DNA of 64,000 bases, taken from sequence record MK250019.1; one strand, given 5' to 3'. Shown here one piece after another: positions 1 through 14,321 of the stretch (position 1 is its first letter; each line of letters starts with the position of its first letter). Both the position numbers and the translations under genes were made by a program. The notes beneath the pieces are model-generated. The model searched no databases. It was not told the origin of the DNA and saw nothing but the letters and a program-made list of their open reading frames with translations.

Positions 1-2
1 TA

Positions 3-914
3 AATGGTGATTAGTTTGTAGATCCAACTGGAAAAGTATATCTTTTAATGGATATAAATCAATTAATAAGAGATATAAATAATGGAACTGATCAATTATG
101 GACTAATGAAAAATTAAAATATATAGGAAAATTTAATTCTACAAATAATTCTGATATATTTAGTGATACAAATAATTCTGGAACACTTAGATCACATAAG
201 TTTATTATATCTGATGATAGCAAAACAGCAACTGGTAGCGGATTATTAACAGTTTCTCATACAACTAAAGATACAGATAATGATATTAATTTTATTAATT
301 TAGAATCATTATATAGTGGTCAACATGATATGAATTTGGATATTAAATTTAGCAAAAAATATAATGGATTCATGATAAGTTCAAAATATCCAATTTATTT
401 AAATGCTAATGTATATACTAAATTTAATGATTCAAATAATTCAAATAATGAATATTCACCTGTTTATACAACTGCTGATAATAAATCAAAAACTATTACA
501 GATTATATAGCAGCAACAAAAGATTTAAGATGTGATATAGATGCATCTATATATAGTTATACAAAGAAAGATACATCTATAATTTATTATGGCGTTATTT
601 ATAAAATATCATTTGGACGAAAAGATGATACTAACTCAAAATAGTGGGGAGATTTCGTAAATACATATGATAATGGAAATACTATAATACATTTTCAAAA
701 TAAAGAACATTCTGATTTTACAACAGTAATTCCAACAATATAGAATTATAATTTTAGATAGGATTATGATTATGTAAAATTAAATGATTTAATTAATAAA
801 GTACAATATAATGATTTACCAAATGTCACAATATCAGTAATTAATGGTATAGAAGCATATGTCACTATTAATGATAAAGGTATTTCAGGAATAAGAAAAA
901 GAACAACTAATTAA
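3..914 (+). CDS. TAG-recoded hypothetical virion protein, 5' end outside window
   Basis: Frame is open from base 3 through track ORF 48-644. It continues past TAGs (12, 642 and two more) to TAA at 912-914. Confidence 0.75.
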
Positions 915-916
915 AA

Positions 917-3900
917 ATGAGTTATACATATAAACATGGATTACCTGGAATTGGTGTAACCGGTTAGCAGGGAAAACAAGGTAAATCTGGAAATTCTATA
1001 TATTTTGGTACATTTGATTCTTTTTTTAAATATATTGATACAAGTACATTAAGTTCTATTGATTATGATGATAAAGATTATGATATAACATATGCTAAAG
1101 ATGAATATCGATTAGATCCAAAATATAATGAAGGTGATTTACTTTATATATTAAATAGCAGTATAAAAGATTCTTCTATTGATTGTGTAATAGAAATTAC
1201 AGAAGATTTGACAACATGTACATCTACATAGTTAGCAAATAAAATAACATATAAAAAACCATTTACTGTAAATAAAAACAAATTCAATAGATTGAATATT
1301 GTTGGTGCAGGTATGGATTCAGCAACTAAACATGGAATGTTTATTGCTAATGAATTATATAATAATTATCCGATAAATGTTAAATATGTAATAGACAATA
1401 ATAATAAAAAGCCAGAGAAGATAACAGATTTAACAGATCAAAATATTGATGTTGCAGATGAACCTTTTATTATTCCCGAAAGATATTCAGATGCAAAAGA
1501 ATCATATATATATCTTAATAATGGAAAAGAAATTAATAAGTATAAGTATGAATTAAATACAGGTAAAAAGGTATTATTAAATTTAAATTATAATTCACGA
1601 TTATTTGAAATACAATCATATTTAAATTCTAATATGTGTATAAACACTTATAATGTTAATTTATATATTGATAATTTACATATTAGAAATAATAATAAAG
1701 GTAATATTGAAGCATTAAATACATTATATAATAATGATTTGGTTTTAAATTCATATGGAAATTGTTATACATTAACTGAAGATAATTATGATTCCAGTAC
1801 ATAGTCTTTTATTATGAATGTAGATAACTTCTTTAATAATATAGATGTTTCTAAAGATGATTATGTATATGGTTATATTCATATGTATTATAATTATAAT
1901 GATATGAATAATAAAAATTCTGGGGTTCGCGCACGTTATTATTCTAATTATATAAAAGGCACATTTACAGATACATCATTATCTAAAGTAAGAGTACCAA
2001 AAACAGATGATAAAGGAAATTATATTAGAGATTATAATAATGAAAGTTACAAAAATGTAACATCTTCTGAAATTAAACAAGTCCTTATTAATACATGGGA
2101 TACATCTACATTAGAAAATGTAAAATCTTTATTACCAGAAACTGTAAATGAAGTAATATTTAATATATATAAAGGTGTAAAAGGTATTATCCAAACAGAA
2201 GAAGTAGAACAATATAAAGTATATGATAAGGTTACAGATGTAAGTACAGGTTATTATTATAAGAAATATCATATAGATTCGTCTATTTTTATATATGAAG
2301 GAAAGACTAATACATTATAGACTAAAGCAAAATTTAATGATTATTTTGATACAAGCTATTATTCTGGAATTGACACAAAATAGTTTGATTATTCAGATTC
2401 TTCTGTATTGAAAATATCATTAGATCAATATGATAATGATTCATAGAAATATAGACATCATATTATACAGCAATATATAGGAAATAAGTATGGCATTAAA
2501 TATTTCAGTAAATTAACTCGTGCTGATTTTAATTATCAGACATCTGAATTTGATATAGATGCTTCATTTGTATAGGTAAATCATAAAGATTTAAATAGAA
2601 CTTTAAATTATGATGATGTTTTTAATATTACCATTGATAATAATGTTATGTCATTAGAATTTAAAGATAAATTAACGAAGTTATATGATCTTTATGTATA
2701 TGAAAATGGTAGTAAAACTAATGTTATATTAAATGAAAATACCGGTATATATCAAGTAAAGTATATAACTGTATCAAAACAAGATATTCAAACTGATGTT
2801 ATTAATAAAATAAACGATGATAAATTCTTAAAATGCATATATGATGGTAGTGTTATAAGTATACCTAATACAGAAATATTATATACAATTAAATATAATA
2901 CAATAGAAGATAATACAGATTATACTATTGATGAATCTACAAATCATGATAAAATAGTGTATAATAATATGGTTACATATAATAGAGTATTAAAAGGTTA
3001 TACTGAAAAACGAACTATTCCAGAAGTTAAAATGAATATTTATAATGATTTGGAATCATTGGAAAATATTAATAATTCTTCAAATGGTATTTTATGTAAT
3101 CAATTCCAAACTTTCATGACATTAGAAATAGATAAATTCAGTAATGATGATTGGGGATTATATAAAGAATATTTACCAGATCCTAAATTAAGAATTTATA
3201 TCAATAGAAATATATCTGATAAACCATCATTAACTGCAGATGATAATACAATAAAAGAGTGGATATTTAAATATACATTATATAAACCTGGTATTGATAT
3301 TTACAATATTACTGCAAATGAACTTGATGATCAATCTATTGTTAAAGTATCATAGACAGATGGTGATGAAGAATTTTATGAATTTACTATTGATGAAGCA
3401 ATGTCAGGTATATGGTATTTAAGAATATATATGGAATCATAGAATCCTGAACCATACACATTTAATTTACAGTATACTATTGATAAAATTAAAATTATCA
3501 CATCTAATAACCATACATTTACATTAAATGCGAAAGATATAAATAAAGATAATTTATATGAATCAAATACACTTAAATTAAGTATTGCACCTATTTCATA
3601 TATAGCATCATATTCATAGAATATATCTCTTATTTAGACAAGATATTTACAGCATCCAAATGCTATCGGTGCAAGAAAATGGTTCGGTTCTCGCGAAGTT
3701 ACAAATATCGCTATTATGCCATATAGATATGATGAAATCTCATAGAAGAAAGTAAATAATAAAGCATATAAAATACCAAACTGGAATTCTATAACATTTA
3801 AAAATAGATATTTACAAGATAATATTAAAACATTATCAATATTCACATAGAATATAAATGATATTAATAATGTATTACCAAGTAAATTATATAAAAATAC

Positions 3901-4732
3901 ATGGTTATGTGAAGATACAGATGATATAACAGAAAATTATCTTAGACTCATATTTAATGCTAATATATTTACACCACGCTTATTGAATGATCAATATAGT
4001 TTCATATATAATAATTAGCGTTTATTAGCATCTTAGTATAGTCAATTAAATAATAATTCTGCTGTATATATTCATTAGTACAATGATATAAATTTAAGAA
4101 CTGATTCATTATTGAAATCTATGATGAAATGGAATGATGAATATGAAAAATCATATCATTATGAAACAGATAATCCTTTTAGAGGACATATAGAAACATA
4201 TGGAAACGGTTATCAATACTTACCGAATTCTGCTGATAACAATCAGTATAATCAATATATGTCATTAAAAGAAATTAAGAAATAGAATGAATTACAATTC
4301 TTTGATTTAGGACTTAATAAAGTTAAAACATATGATATAAACAGACCAGATAAACGAGATGCATATACACCACCTGTATTATTCAATCAATTATTATATC
4401 AGGCTTCATGGTGTTATCCATATTATACAACAAATAATGAAGAAGTACAAAATTCAAAATCTAAACAATATATTAAACAATTAGATTTTGATAATGCTGT
4501 TACATTAGAAAATGGTGTTTTAGATGCAAATAAAATGCCATATAACTTATGTTATAATATATACCCGCGAATGATGTTTAATGATGAAGAACAATATAAT
4601 GTTGTCTTAATGTTAAGAAGACCTTCTGTTAAAAAGGAAGGACAATATGAATTTAAATCAAAAGATATTCAATAGAAATTTAACATAAGTCAAATTCAAT
4701 CAATAAACAAATTTTTGTATCCATTAAATTAA
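917..4732 (+). CDS. TAG-recoded 1271-aa putative structural (tail/baseplate-associated) protein
   Basis: ATG at 917. Track ORFs 1292, 1814 and 2648 lie in this frame and are separated only by TAG. First TAA is at 4730-4732. Short N-terminal collagen-like run GVTGQQGKQGKSG. Confidence 0.8.
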
Positions 4733-4737
4733 ATTAT

Positions 4738-4772
4738 AAAAGGAGATTAACAGTTTTAGTTAATCTCCTTTT
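4738..4772. terminator. Bidirectional intrinsic terminator
   Basis: aaaaggagattaac-agtttta-gttaatctcctttt perfect inverted repeat between convergent genes. Confidence 0.85.
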
Positions 4773-4774
4773 TA

Positions 4775-5152
4775 TTATTTAAACATTATTCTTCTCATTA
4801 TATTCTGCTCTGTTCCTGAATTCACTTTTCCTTCTCTTATAAAAGCAATATCAAAATTACTGTCATGTGTCATTGCGGAATCTCTATCAATATCATCTTT
4901 ATAATTAGGTTTTGTATGCGTAATAAATTTATTTATGTACATAGGTTTATCATTCATATGGTAAACAGTTACATTATCACCATATCCTATATTGACTAAA
5001 TAATCTTGTGCAAATGTATCAGCACCCCAATAATCGCCAACAACAAATTTTGCATTTTTATCAAATGCACATACTTCATCAATTTTTGGAATATAATGTT
5101 TTTTAAATTCTTCTATTGTTAAATCTCTATGTCCTGATATGAAATAAATCAT
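4775..5152 (-). CDS. SLOG-superfamily (YspA/DprA-like) nucleotide-binding protein
   Basis: FISGHRD ... FVVGDYWGADTFAQDYL ... FDIAFIR motifs; TAG-free. Confidence 0.6.
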   Translation of the reverse strand: MIYFISGHRDLTIEEFKKHYIPKIDEVCAFDKNAKFVVGDYWGADTFAQDYLVNIGYGDNVTVYHMNDKPMYINKFITHTKPNYKDDIDRDSAMTHDSNFDIAFIREGKVNSGTEQNIMRRIMFK

Positions 5153-5159
5153 TTTATCT

Positions 5160-5858
5160 TTAAATATTAATTTTATTAATTCCTGTTATATTCTATATCA
5201 TAGTTAATATAGATTCTTTAACAGATTGTTTATATTTTAAAAACGGAATATATTGCCATTGCCATGGTTCAATAAATCTTATATCCTTTATTTTATTTAT
5301 ATTATATGTTCTAAATATGAAACCTTCATTTTTTAAATTATATTTCTTCTTAATATAATTAAGTAATTTAGTCTAACCACCATCATGTAAAAAGAATTTA
5401 CTGATATTCTATGATATTGGTAACTGACCTTGATGTGCCTACACAGAAGCGTTACTATTAAAAAAATTAGGATCTAAATTATAAATATCATTTAATATTA
5501 AAGTACGTAAATCATAATTACATAAATTCAAATTTATACCCTATATGATATTTTTATTATTACCAGTACATAATACCAATGGTAATGTATCGTAATATTC
5601 AAACTTTACTCTACCATCATTATATTTTGTTGTTGTATCTGTAACATATTTAAACATATAGATATGTCCAGGTATTAAAGTTAATTTAGAATTAGATTCT
5701 GAATCATATTCATCTAATCCCATTGCTTTTTCTTTACCTCTTTTACCATATAAAAATAAATTTTTTACAATAGACTCATATGCTTTATCTTCATATTTGT
5801 CATTTGTTTTATTCATTTTTTTAATATCTGTTAAAAATTTATCTTTTGTATATTCCAT
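5160..5858 (-). CDS. DNA end protector protein (T4 gp2-like), TAG-recoded, 232 aa
   Basis: PGHIYMFKY...YYDTLPLVL...QGINLNL...FIFRTYNINKIK...EPWQWQYIPFL. Five in-frame TAGs (5541, 5439, 5409, 5373, 5193); TAA at 5160-5162. Confidence 0.7.
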
Positions 5859-5860
5859 AA

Positions 5861-8710
5861 TTATTTACGTAAATATTGTGCTTTTGATTTTCTTGATAAT
5901 GATTCTATTCTAGTAAGTCTCTATCGCATATCAATAGATGGATCTACAATAGATGCAAATTCTCTCTGAATACTTTCAGCTTTAGGAACCTTTAATGCTT
6001 TTATAACAGTTTTGAAATTATCTAATTTCATATTTTCTTTCTTTAATTCATTAATTTCCTTGTTTAATTTTGCTATATATGCATTTACAAGTGATTGAAT
6101 AGGTACTTGTTCAATAGAGTCTAATTTACCATAAAATGTATTCTTTAATCTATCTAATATTGCAATTAACGGTGTTAATACAGATATAGGTTGATCTGAA
6201 ACATTTACATATAAGATAATAGGCCAAGGATACATTCCACGTATACCTATGCCAAATACCATAATTATACCAAATATTGGTATATATACAGATTTAATAG
6301 CTATGAATATACATGGTAATGGAATATTCTAAATGAATGGAAATATGTCCAACCCACAATTCCAAAATGTCGGTACAATACATATAAGTGTTGCTAATGC
6401 AAAATATTTTTTCCAATATGGATAATCCTTAATTGTAATCGCATTTATATCATCTGGCGGTAATTGCTCATGTTTATTCATTTCATCTAATGCCCAGTTT
6501 TCATCTACTGGATATTCATCAGGTATTTCTGGAAATTCAACTTCTTCTGGAAAACTGTAATCACCTATACTTATATCATTTATTGAACTATCTAAATCTG
6601 CAGGATATATATTTTCAAATAAGTAATGTTGATAATATATGTTATCGATTGTAATATCCTAAGGAGTTGGCCACTATGCATATTCATCTAATTTATCTGC
6701 AAGATTTATTAATGAATTATAGCATTTATCATATGTACAATCTTCATATTCTTTAATAACTTTATCCCAAAATGCTCTTATCTTTTTTGACTCTTCCTAT
6801 ACTAATTCTAAATATATATACGGTTTATCTTTATCAGTTTCTTTATAAGGATTTTTCTAACTATCATATGATTTTATATATGTATACATAGTAGCTAACT
6901 ATGAACATATTTCATTTGGCGCGTCAGAATCTTCATCAGAATCATATTTATATAATGACGCGATATAATCATATATCTGTTTGTATTCATTATCACCTGT
7001 ATATTTTTCACCTGCATTCTAAATAGCTTCATCATCTAATTCCTAACCATATTTTTCTTTATTATCAACCGTGAACTATTTAGTTATCTTTTCTTTATAT
7101 GCTTTATTCTCATTCTATACATATGATGATATTAACTATTTAAATTTGTTAAATTCCTATTTAATTTTAGTTTCTGATACATTTTTTCCATTGATATTAT
7201 TAAATATATGTTTAACATTATCATTGAATAAATTCATAAAATCTAACATCAAATCAGAATCTTTTCTCTATTCAACAATTACGCGTTTATTTATAATATC
7301 TGTTATAAGATTATAAAATTCCTATGAATACTTATCGGATGTTCCTGGTAATAAATTAATATTAGTTAATAAACTATAATAATAATTCTGATAACTATCA
7401 GCATCACCAATAGGTATATATGAAAAATCATCATCATATTGCTTTACATTTTTATATACGTCTGAATCAATATGCTCATTAATAAGAAATTTACAGTCTG
7501 TATAATTTTTATCATATTTACATAATGGTAATGTATCCAATGATTTATATATTTTAATAATATCATTTACATATTTTTCACGCGCATCTAATAATCGCTT
7601 ACTTTCTTTCTGTATTGCTTCATAAGGATTACTTGCTGTTTTAATTCTATTTGTTTGTCTATATGCCTTATCTTTAATTTCTCTTTTTACCTTCTTTCTT
7701 TTCCTCTTTTTCTTTGCACGTTTTCTCCATGATTTCATATCTGACTTTGTTACATCCTCTGCTATAATAGATGAACCGAATTCATCTTGAGACTCATTTA
7801 AATTCATCATAATAGAAGTATCAAAGATTGTTACACCAGTATTTAATTTATCATTTACAATGTCAAATGTAAACAAAGATGTGTCATATTTTTTATTATT
7901 CTTAAATCCTTCCTTTTTATTCGCATTAATTATAGAAATATCTAAATTATCATAACTTATATCAGATGAATCAAGATACCAACCGGAATAATATTGATAA
8001 TTACCACTTATTGTATTTTTACGTGTATATGTACCTCTATATCTTCGTGCTAATACGCAAGGTAATAAAGACTAACATAAATTATTTGTTATTAATGCAT
8101 ATAAATATCCTTCTTTCTGAAATTCATTATTAACTGCTGATATATCTTCAACAACATTAAAATCTTCATTCATTCCAAGTAATGTATTTTCCAATACAAT
8201 ATGTCTGTTACATTTTGATGGATATAATCTGAAATAATCTTCACCATTATTTGATGACATTACACGTCCTTTTTCAAATATTGATTTTAACGGTTTCATT
8301 TTTCCGTCTTGCTTTACAGAACCTATTATAGTATTGTTATCTATAGTATCACCAGGTTTTATATTTAATGTATATTCAACTGGTGTCGGATCTTTAACAG
8401 TTGCATCTGAAAATTCAATTATAACTCTTGTACTTGTATCTATATCAGATAAAATATCAGGTACCTCTTCAGATGGAGTTACAATAAGTTTCCATAAATC
8501 TTTATCATTATATAAATTCTATAATACTGATAAATCAGTAGAACCAACAATATCTTTAAAATCTGTTGTTATATCAGATTTTGCATAATCGACTGCACAT
8601 AAATTTATATCATTAAGATTTATAGTCTGCTATCCTTCAATTTCATCTGTATCTATCGTTAATGCCTTTGTTATTAAGTCATCTAAATATATTTTCTCTT
8701 CTTTTGTCAT
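5861..8710 (-). CDS. TAG-recoded 949-aa hypothetical protein, probably virion-associated
   Basis: ATG at 8710 overlaps the upstream TGA. It joins track ORFs 8072-8299, 7322-7876 and 5921-6262 via TAGs. TAA at 5861-5863. Hydrophobic segment near the C-terminus. Confidence 0.75.
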
Positions 8711-11379
8711 GTGTATAAATCATAATCTTTTCCGTAACATCTTAATATCTGACTACCATACAATGGTAATGATGAATCAGAATAATAAATTTCTGTATCT
8801 GCATCCTCAACTTTATCTAATCCTAATAAAGTACCGTCTTGATATTTTGAATCAGGATATTGAACAAATAAAGATGCATCATCAAAATAATTTCCTGCTT
8901 TATCTAAATCTTTTTTCATTGCATTTCTCTATTCTGTTATTGCATCTTGATCAATATAAAGAATAGTTGGCAAATCCTATTTTATTATTTCATAATTAGA
9001 TTTAGCATTTTTTAAATATAAATAAAGTTTTCTTGTATCAGGAATACCAATATTAATTTCAACATTTGTACCTATACTTGTTATACTATTAGTTATATAA
9101 TCATATAATTTTAAAGAACGAACTGTATAGAAATTTGTTTTTGATTTATTTGCTTTTTTAAATAATTTATTAATTGCAGCAATTACTTTTACCATACCTA
9201 ATAGATTTCCCGATGAATTCGCTTCTACTTTTGCCTTATTGATTTTATAATTCCTAATTAATTTTAGTATAACTTTTAATTGTGGAAATATTTCTTTTAA
9301 TATAGAAAATAATTCATGAACTAATTGAAATGTAGGTCTTTTAGTTGCTTTTGTTGGATCACCTGTATATTCTTCTTCTACAATACCTAATTCAAATTTT
9401 GATATTGCTTCTTCTGCTTCTTTTTTCTTTGCAGTTTCCTATGCAATCCTATTTGCTTCATCTATTGCATTTATTTGTTCATTTAATGTTTTATTAAAAC
9501 CATCTAATTCAAAATGGATTTTGAAAGTGAATTCTAATAATTCAATAGTCTAATCTTTTCTCATTACATAACCTTCATCTATTGCATTTATAATAGACAA
9601 CACAGACGAAGAGTCAAATATTTTCGTACCATCTTTTTGATGTGCATTAGATAACACTTTTGTTAACTGTTTCTTTGCTTTCTTTGTTGTCGGATCTGCA
9701 TATATATTAAGAGTCATTGTAAACGTATTTAAATCATTCGTAAAGTCATATAAATGTTCTGCCTTTATTTCTGTACTAACTGTAGTATTTGACACAACGT
9801 CAGCTGCTATATGGAGTCCTGATGAGATTGCTTGAGCTTCTATCTGATTCTATAAACTTGTTAAATTACCTGAGAATTGATTAATTCCATCTTGAATTGC
9901 TTTTTCTAATGAAATAACTGCTCCATCAGAATCAAGTCCCATTTCAACAAGCATATCCATAAAATCTTCAAACGAATCTATACCATCACTTAAAACATCT
10001 AAATCAACATTATTAAATTGACTTATTAACATCTTAATTTCATCTATTGAATCTTTTATTTGTATTATAATAAAGGAATTATATATTAAATCAGATGCGC
10101 GCGATAATTCATCCATTAGTGATTGTTTTATAATATCTGGATCAACATCCACATTTATTTTTGATGATACAGTACCACCAGAAGAATGCTGAATACCTGT
10201 TTCTTTTTCTTGCTCTTCTTGTTCTTTCTTTCTACGTTTTTGTTCTTTACGCGCTTCTTTCCATGCTTTATACTTATGAATATAATCTGAACACATATAA
10301 TATAATTCTGGTAATGTATATCCTGTATATTTAATACATTGTTCATTTATCATTACCCATATAGTATTCATCAAAAGTTCCTATGCATCTTTTAACACTT
10401 CTTGCATTGAAGGTAAATTTGTAATTGCATCATTTATTGTTTCATAATATTCATTTTCTAAGTCATTATAAATTGCTATATACATATCTTTCAATGATGT
10501 ACAAATACTACCTATTGCTACTTTTGCACTTGGTAACATCTGAATATTCTTTGGAAACATTTTAATAATACCAGTGATATTAAATAATGTAGAATCCATA
10601 AGATTGAGAATAGACTATGCCATACCTAATGTTTCCTAATTAATACCTAAGTTATTCATTAAATTACTAGTACCTCCTGCAATTAAAGACTATATAGTAA
10701 CTTCAAGATATTGTGTTACTGCATCAGTAATTGCGCCAGATATTGCCATACCTGGCGCCTAGTTTATGTCAAGGTTATCAAGATCGACCTATTCTGCTTC
10801 TTCTACATTGCCAAATTCATCAACTTTTGTTATAGCTTTCTTTTCACCATATTTAGTTAAATCATTGTAAAAATTTGTATATGCTTTAATTAATTTCGGA
10901 TGAGTCTATGTAATTTTTTTATATTTAGAAAATTCTGTATTTAAGTCATTTAACTATTCTTTATAATTCTTTACAATTTGTTTAAGATTAGTTGTTAGAG
11001 CTGAATGTGGATCTTGTTTTTTTGCTTCTTCATATTGATCTTGATATTCTGTTAATTCACTGTTTACTTTATTAATTTCAGTTTGTAATGCGTTAACCCA
11101 TGATTCTGCATCTTTTAATTCAGTTTTATAATATTCTATTCTTAATTTTGCAGTTTCTACTTTCTTCGCATATGGAAGTGTGTCATCAAACTGAACAATA
11201 CCTACATCAATGATACCATAATCATATGCATTAATATCAACCATTTCAACGGTTGTCTTATGTTGACCTTTTTTCATATCTTCGGTCTCAACTGTACCTG
11301 CAGACATTTTTTTATTTGAAAAGAAATCATAAGAATTACCAGGTGAATTTGTTAAATCTATATCTAATATTGTTGCCAT
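8707..11379 (-). CDS. TAG-recoded 890-aa coiled-coil-rich hypothetical protein
   Basis: ATG at 11379 (MATILDIDL). It joins six same-frame track ORFs across TAGs and ends at TGA 8707-8709. Confidence 0.75.
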
Positions 11380-11381
11380 AA

Positions 11382-12044
11382 TTAAAATACCTTTTCTTTT
11401 TGCATCATTGTTTTTAATGCCCAATACGAATCTACAAGATCATCAATACCTGCTATATAATTTGTTTTTGCTTTCATATAACCATTTGCAAGACAAAGAC
11501 GAAGTTTTATATCATTATTCTACGCGATGTATTTTTTTATCATCTTTGTTTTATCTGCGCGATCTTCTTTTGATGAACAACCTGCAGTTGCTTTGAGTGT
11601 GATAGGAGAATATGTATAAAGTCTTGTCAGATGATCACCATAATGTTCATATATTTTTGATAATAATACTCCTTTATATGTCGCGAGATTAAGTGTAGCA
11701 TCACCTTTTGATGCATATGATAATCCTTCTGAACATACATATAATTCATAATCTGTTAATTCGAATTTATTTGTTATTAAATCATCAATATCATTTATAA
11801 TTAAATTTGCTAAATCAGTAGACCTGATAGTATGAATAAGAACTAACTGTGAATTCTCTACTGTTTTTGTATCAACTGACGACATATTTCTATTAACTAT
11901 TGAAACATCAGCATCTTCATACATTTTCTATTGTTTATTAGTTATTTTCAAAGGCCAAAAATAATGATAATACTAACCTCTGAAATATATTGTAGCTGCT
12001 GGTTTATTCATTGAAAAATCAAATCCTATTAAAACTTTATCCAT
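11382..12044 (-). CDS. RuvC-like Holliday junction resolvase, TAG-recoded, 220 aa
   Basis: MDKVLIGFDFSMNKPA, CSEGLSYASKG, SPITLKATAG and DDLVDSYWAL carry RNase H-fold acidic residues. TAGs at 11973, 11928, 11520. Confidence 0.75.
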
Positions 12045-12199
12045 TTAAATTAAAAATACTTTTTTGTTATTTATTATTTGTATATGACATACCATATATT
12101 ATACAAAAAATTGTTAATTATGTTTTTATAAAATGGTTATGTATGATAACATACCGTATTCCATTGAGGCGTATAGATACTGAAAATAAGAATTAAAAC

Positions 12200-13054
12200 A
12201 TGGCAACAAAATATAATAAATATCGCCAACAAACATTTAATATTTCCACAACAATGACAAGCGCAACTTTTTTATTAACATATTATCCAAATTATAATTT
12301 TTCATTAACTGATGATGAAAAATTATATTATCGTGTATTTTTTGGTTTAAATGATAAAGAAGATAATACATATAATGGAAAACTTACATTTGTTCCAAAC
12401 TCTTCTGAATTTATGGTAACAGAAAGTTCAAAAAAAATAGATAATATAAAAATAAATCTAGCGAATGTTGATAATACAAAAACAGCAGCAGAAATTTATA
12501 TTACATATTCGTTTAATAATTTAACCGATTTTTTAGGAAAAACTTATTCTATAAAATATAATAATAATTCTTTTTTATATTTAAATTTTTTGATGTATAA
12601 AATATTAGTTTTTTCTAATCAGAAAACACCTTCAACTGGTTATCATGAAAATATATTCTTTGTCTTCGCACTAAACAATGTATAGTTACCACATTCTATT
12701 CCAACTGAACAAATATCAAATAAAATTTCTGATGATAATGATATTTTACTTTTTTGTGATTATTTTCAAGGATATTTTTATTATAATGCATAGGGATATT
12801 TATATAACTAGCAAGATGATGAAAATTAGTTAATATACAAAAATTATACAGATTTTATGCCCACTGGCGAATTTAATTATGAATTAATGCCTAAACACTG
12901 TTTTGCATATAATGGTATAAATTATACTGTTACAGACTTATTTCCACAATATCATTTTTATGTTTATACATATTCTAAAAATGAATCTTCATTTTTTTGT
13001 GAAATAAATTTTGATAATATTTCTAATAAAGGAGAATATTATTTATTCAAATGA
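12200..13054 (+). CDS. TAG-recoded 284-aa hypothetical (tail-associated) protein
   Basis: Track ORFs 12200 and 12857 are in one frame, joined over 4 TAGs; TGA stop. Confidence 0.7.
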
Positions 13055-13101
13055 TAATATCATATTTTCATGAATAAATAAGTTAAATGAAAATAATTTG
13101 A

Positions 13102-14319
13102 ATGTAGACAGCTTAGGTTAGACAACAATATACAAGAGATGGTAAGCCTGTTTCTTTGGCGACTTGTATAGAAACTCTATATTTTGAATAGACATATAAT
13201 GGTTAGGTTTATCGTACATCTCTTAATAACAGATTATTAGTAGTAGGAAATAAGTTAAATTCAGTTTCAAAAACAAATATCTCGGAATCATTAAATAAGG
13301 CATAGTTACCTTTCTATTATATAACAAAGATTGAATCTGATACTGCATCAGGTTTATACAGACTCGATGTTTCTCTTTATGCGATAGATACTGCAGTTCG
13401 CGCGACAGAAGTAATTGATGAAATTAAAACAACAATAGATAATAATTTAAATACTCTTAATACTTCAATTAATAATGTAAATGCAAAAATTGACAGTTTT
13501 CAAAGATATAATGCATCTACATATCTTCCGTTAACAGGTGGAAGAATGTCTGGAGGTATCGTATTCGGAATGAAAGGTGGTGAAGAAAAGATTCAAGAAC
13601 TTCCTGGTATTGGTTATAATGGTTAGAATCTCGTATTATCATGCCCTGATTCTGGATATATTTCATTTTGGGGTTCACTTTCAAATGAATATGGTGCAAA
13701 TACACCAGGTATTACATGGTTAAAACCAACTATTACAGAAAATGGTAAAGTTCCTGTATTTAATTATGCAAATAATCAGTTAATGTGGAAAACATATAAT
13801 GCCGGTTCACTTTCATATACAACTGCTGATTATAAGAAATATTATATTCTCGGTATTACAGAAGATTCATATAATGGACGTGATATTGGTGAAACAAAAT
13901 ATATTGCAGATGATGGTAATATTGAAACAAATGTTTATGTATCAAGAAAGAATGTATATGCAAATGCGTTTTATGCATCATCTGATATTGAATTGAAAAC
14001 AGACGTTAAGCATATTGATGCATCTACATATATTCCTGATGTTATTCAATTCCGATGGCTTGATACTTCTGAACTTTCTTATGGATTTATTGCACAGGAT
14101 CTAGAAGAACACGGGCTTTCTTATTTAATGGATAAAGATGATCTTAAACATTGGCGTGTTAACTATTCTGCTGCTATTTCATTAGTTGTCGGAGATCTGT
14201 AGAAATCAAAGAAAGATCATGAATAGAGAATTTCAGATTTAGAGACAGAAAATAAGAATTTAAAGAAAACATTAGAAAAACTTGAAAAAAGACTAGAAAA
14301 ATTAGAAAAAAGTAAGTAA
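13102..14319 (+). CDS. Tail fibre protein with C-terminal peptidase S74 intramolecular chaperone, TAG-recoded, 405 aa
   Basis: Begins ATG-TAG. Contains FYASSDIELKTDVKHI...FRW...YGFIAQDLE...VNYSAAI followed by a coiled coil. TAA at 14317-14319. Confidence 0.8.
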
Positions 14320-14321
14320 AA

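Noticed and set aside
932-990. Collagen-like G-x-x run as a collagen fibre domain
   Set aside because: Only about four triplets, too short to call a collagen domain.
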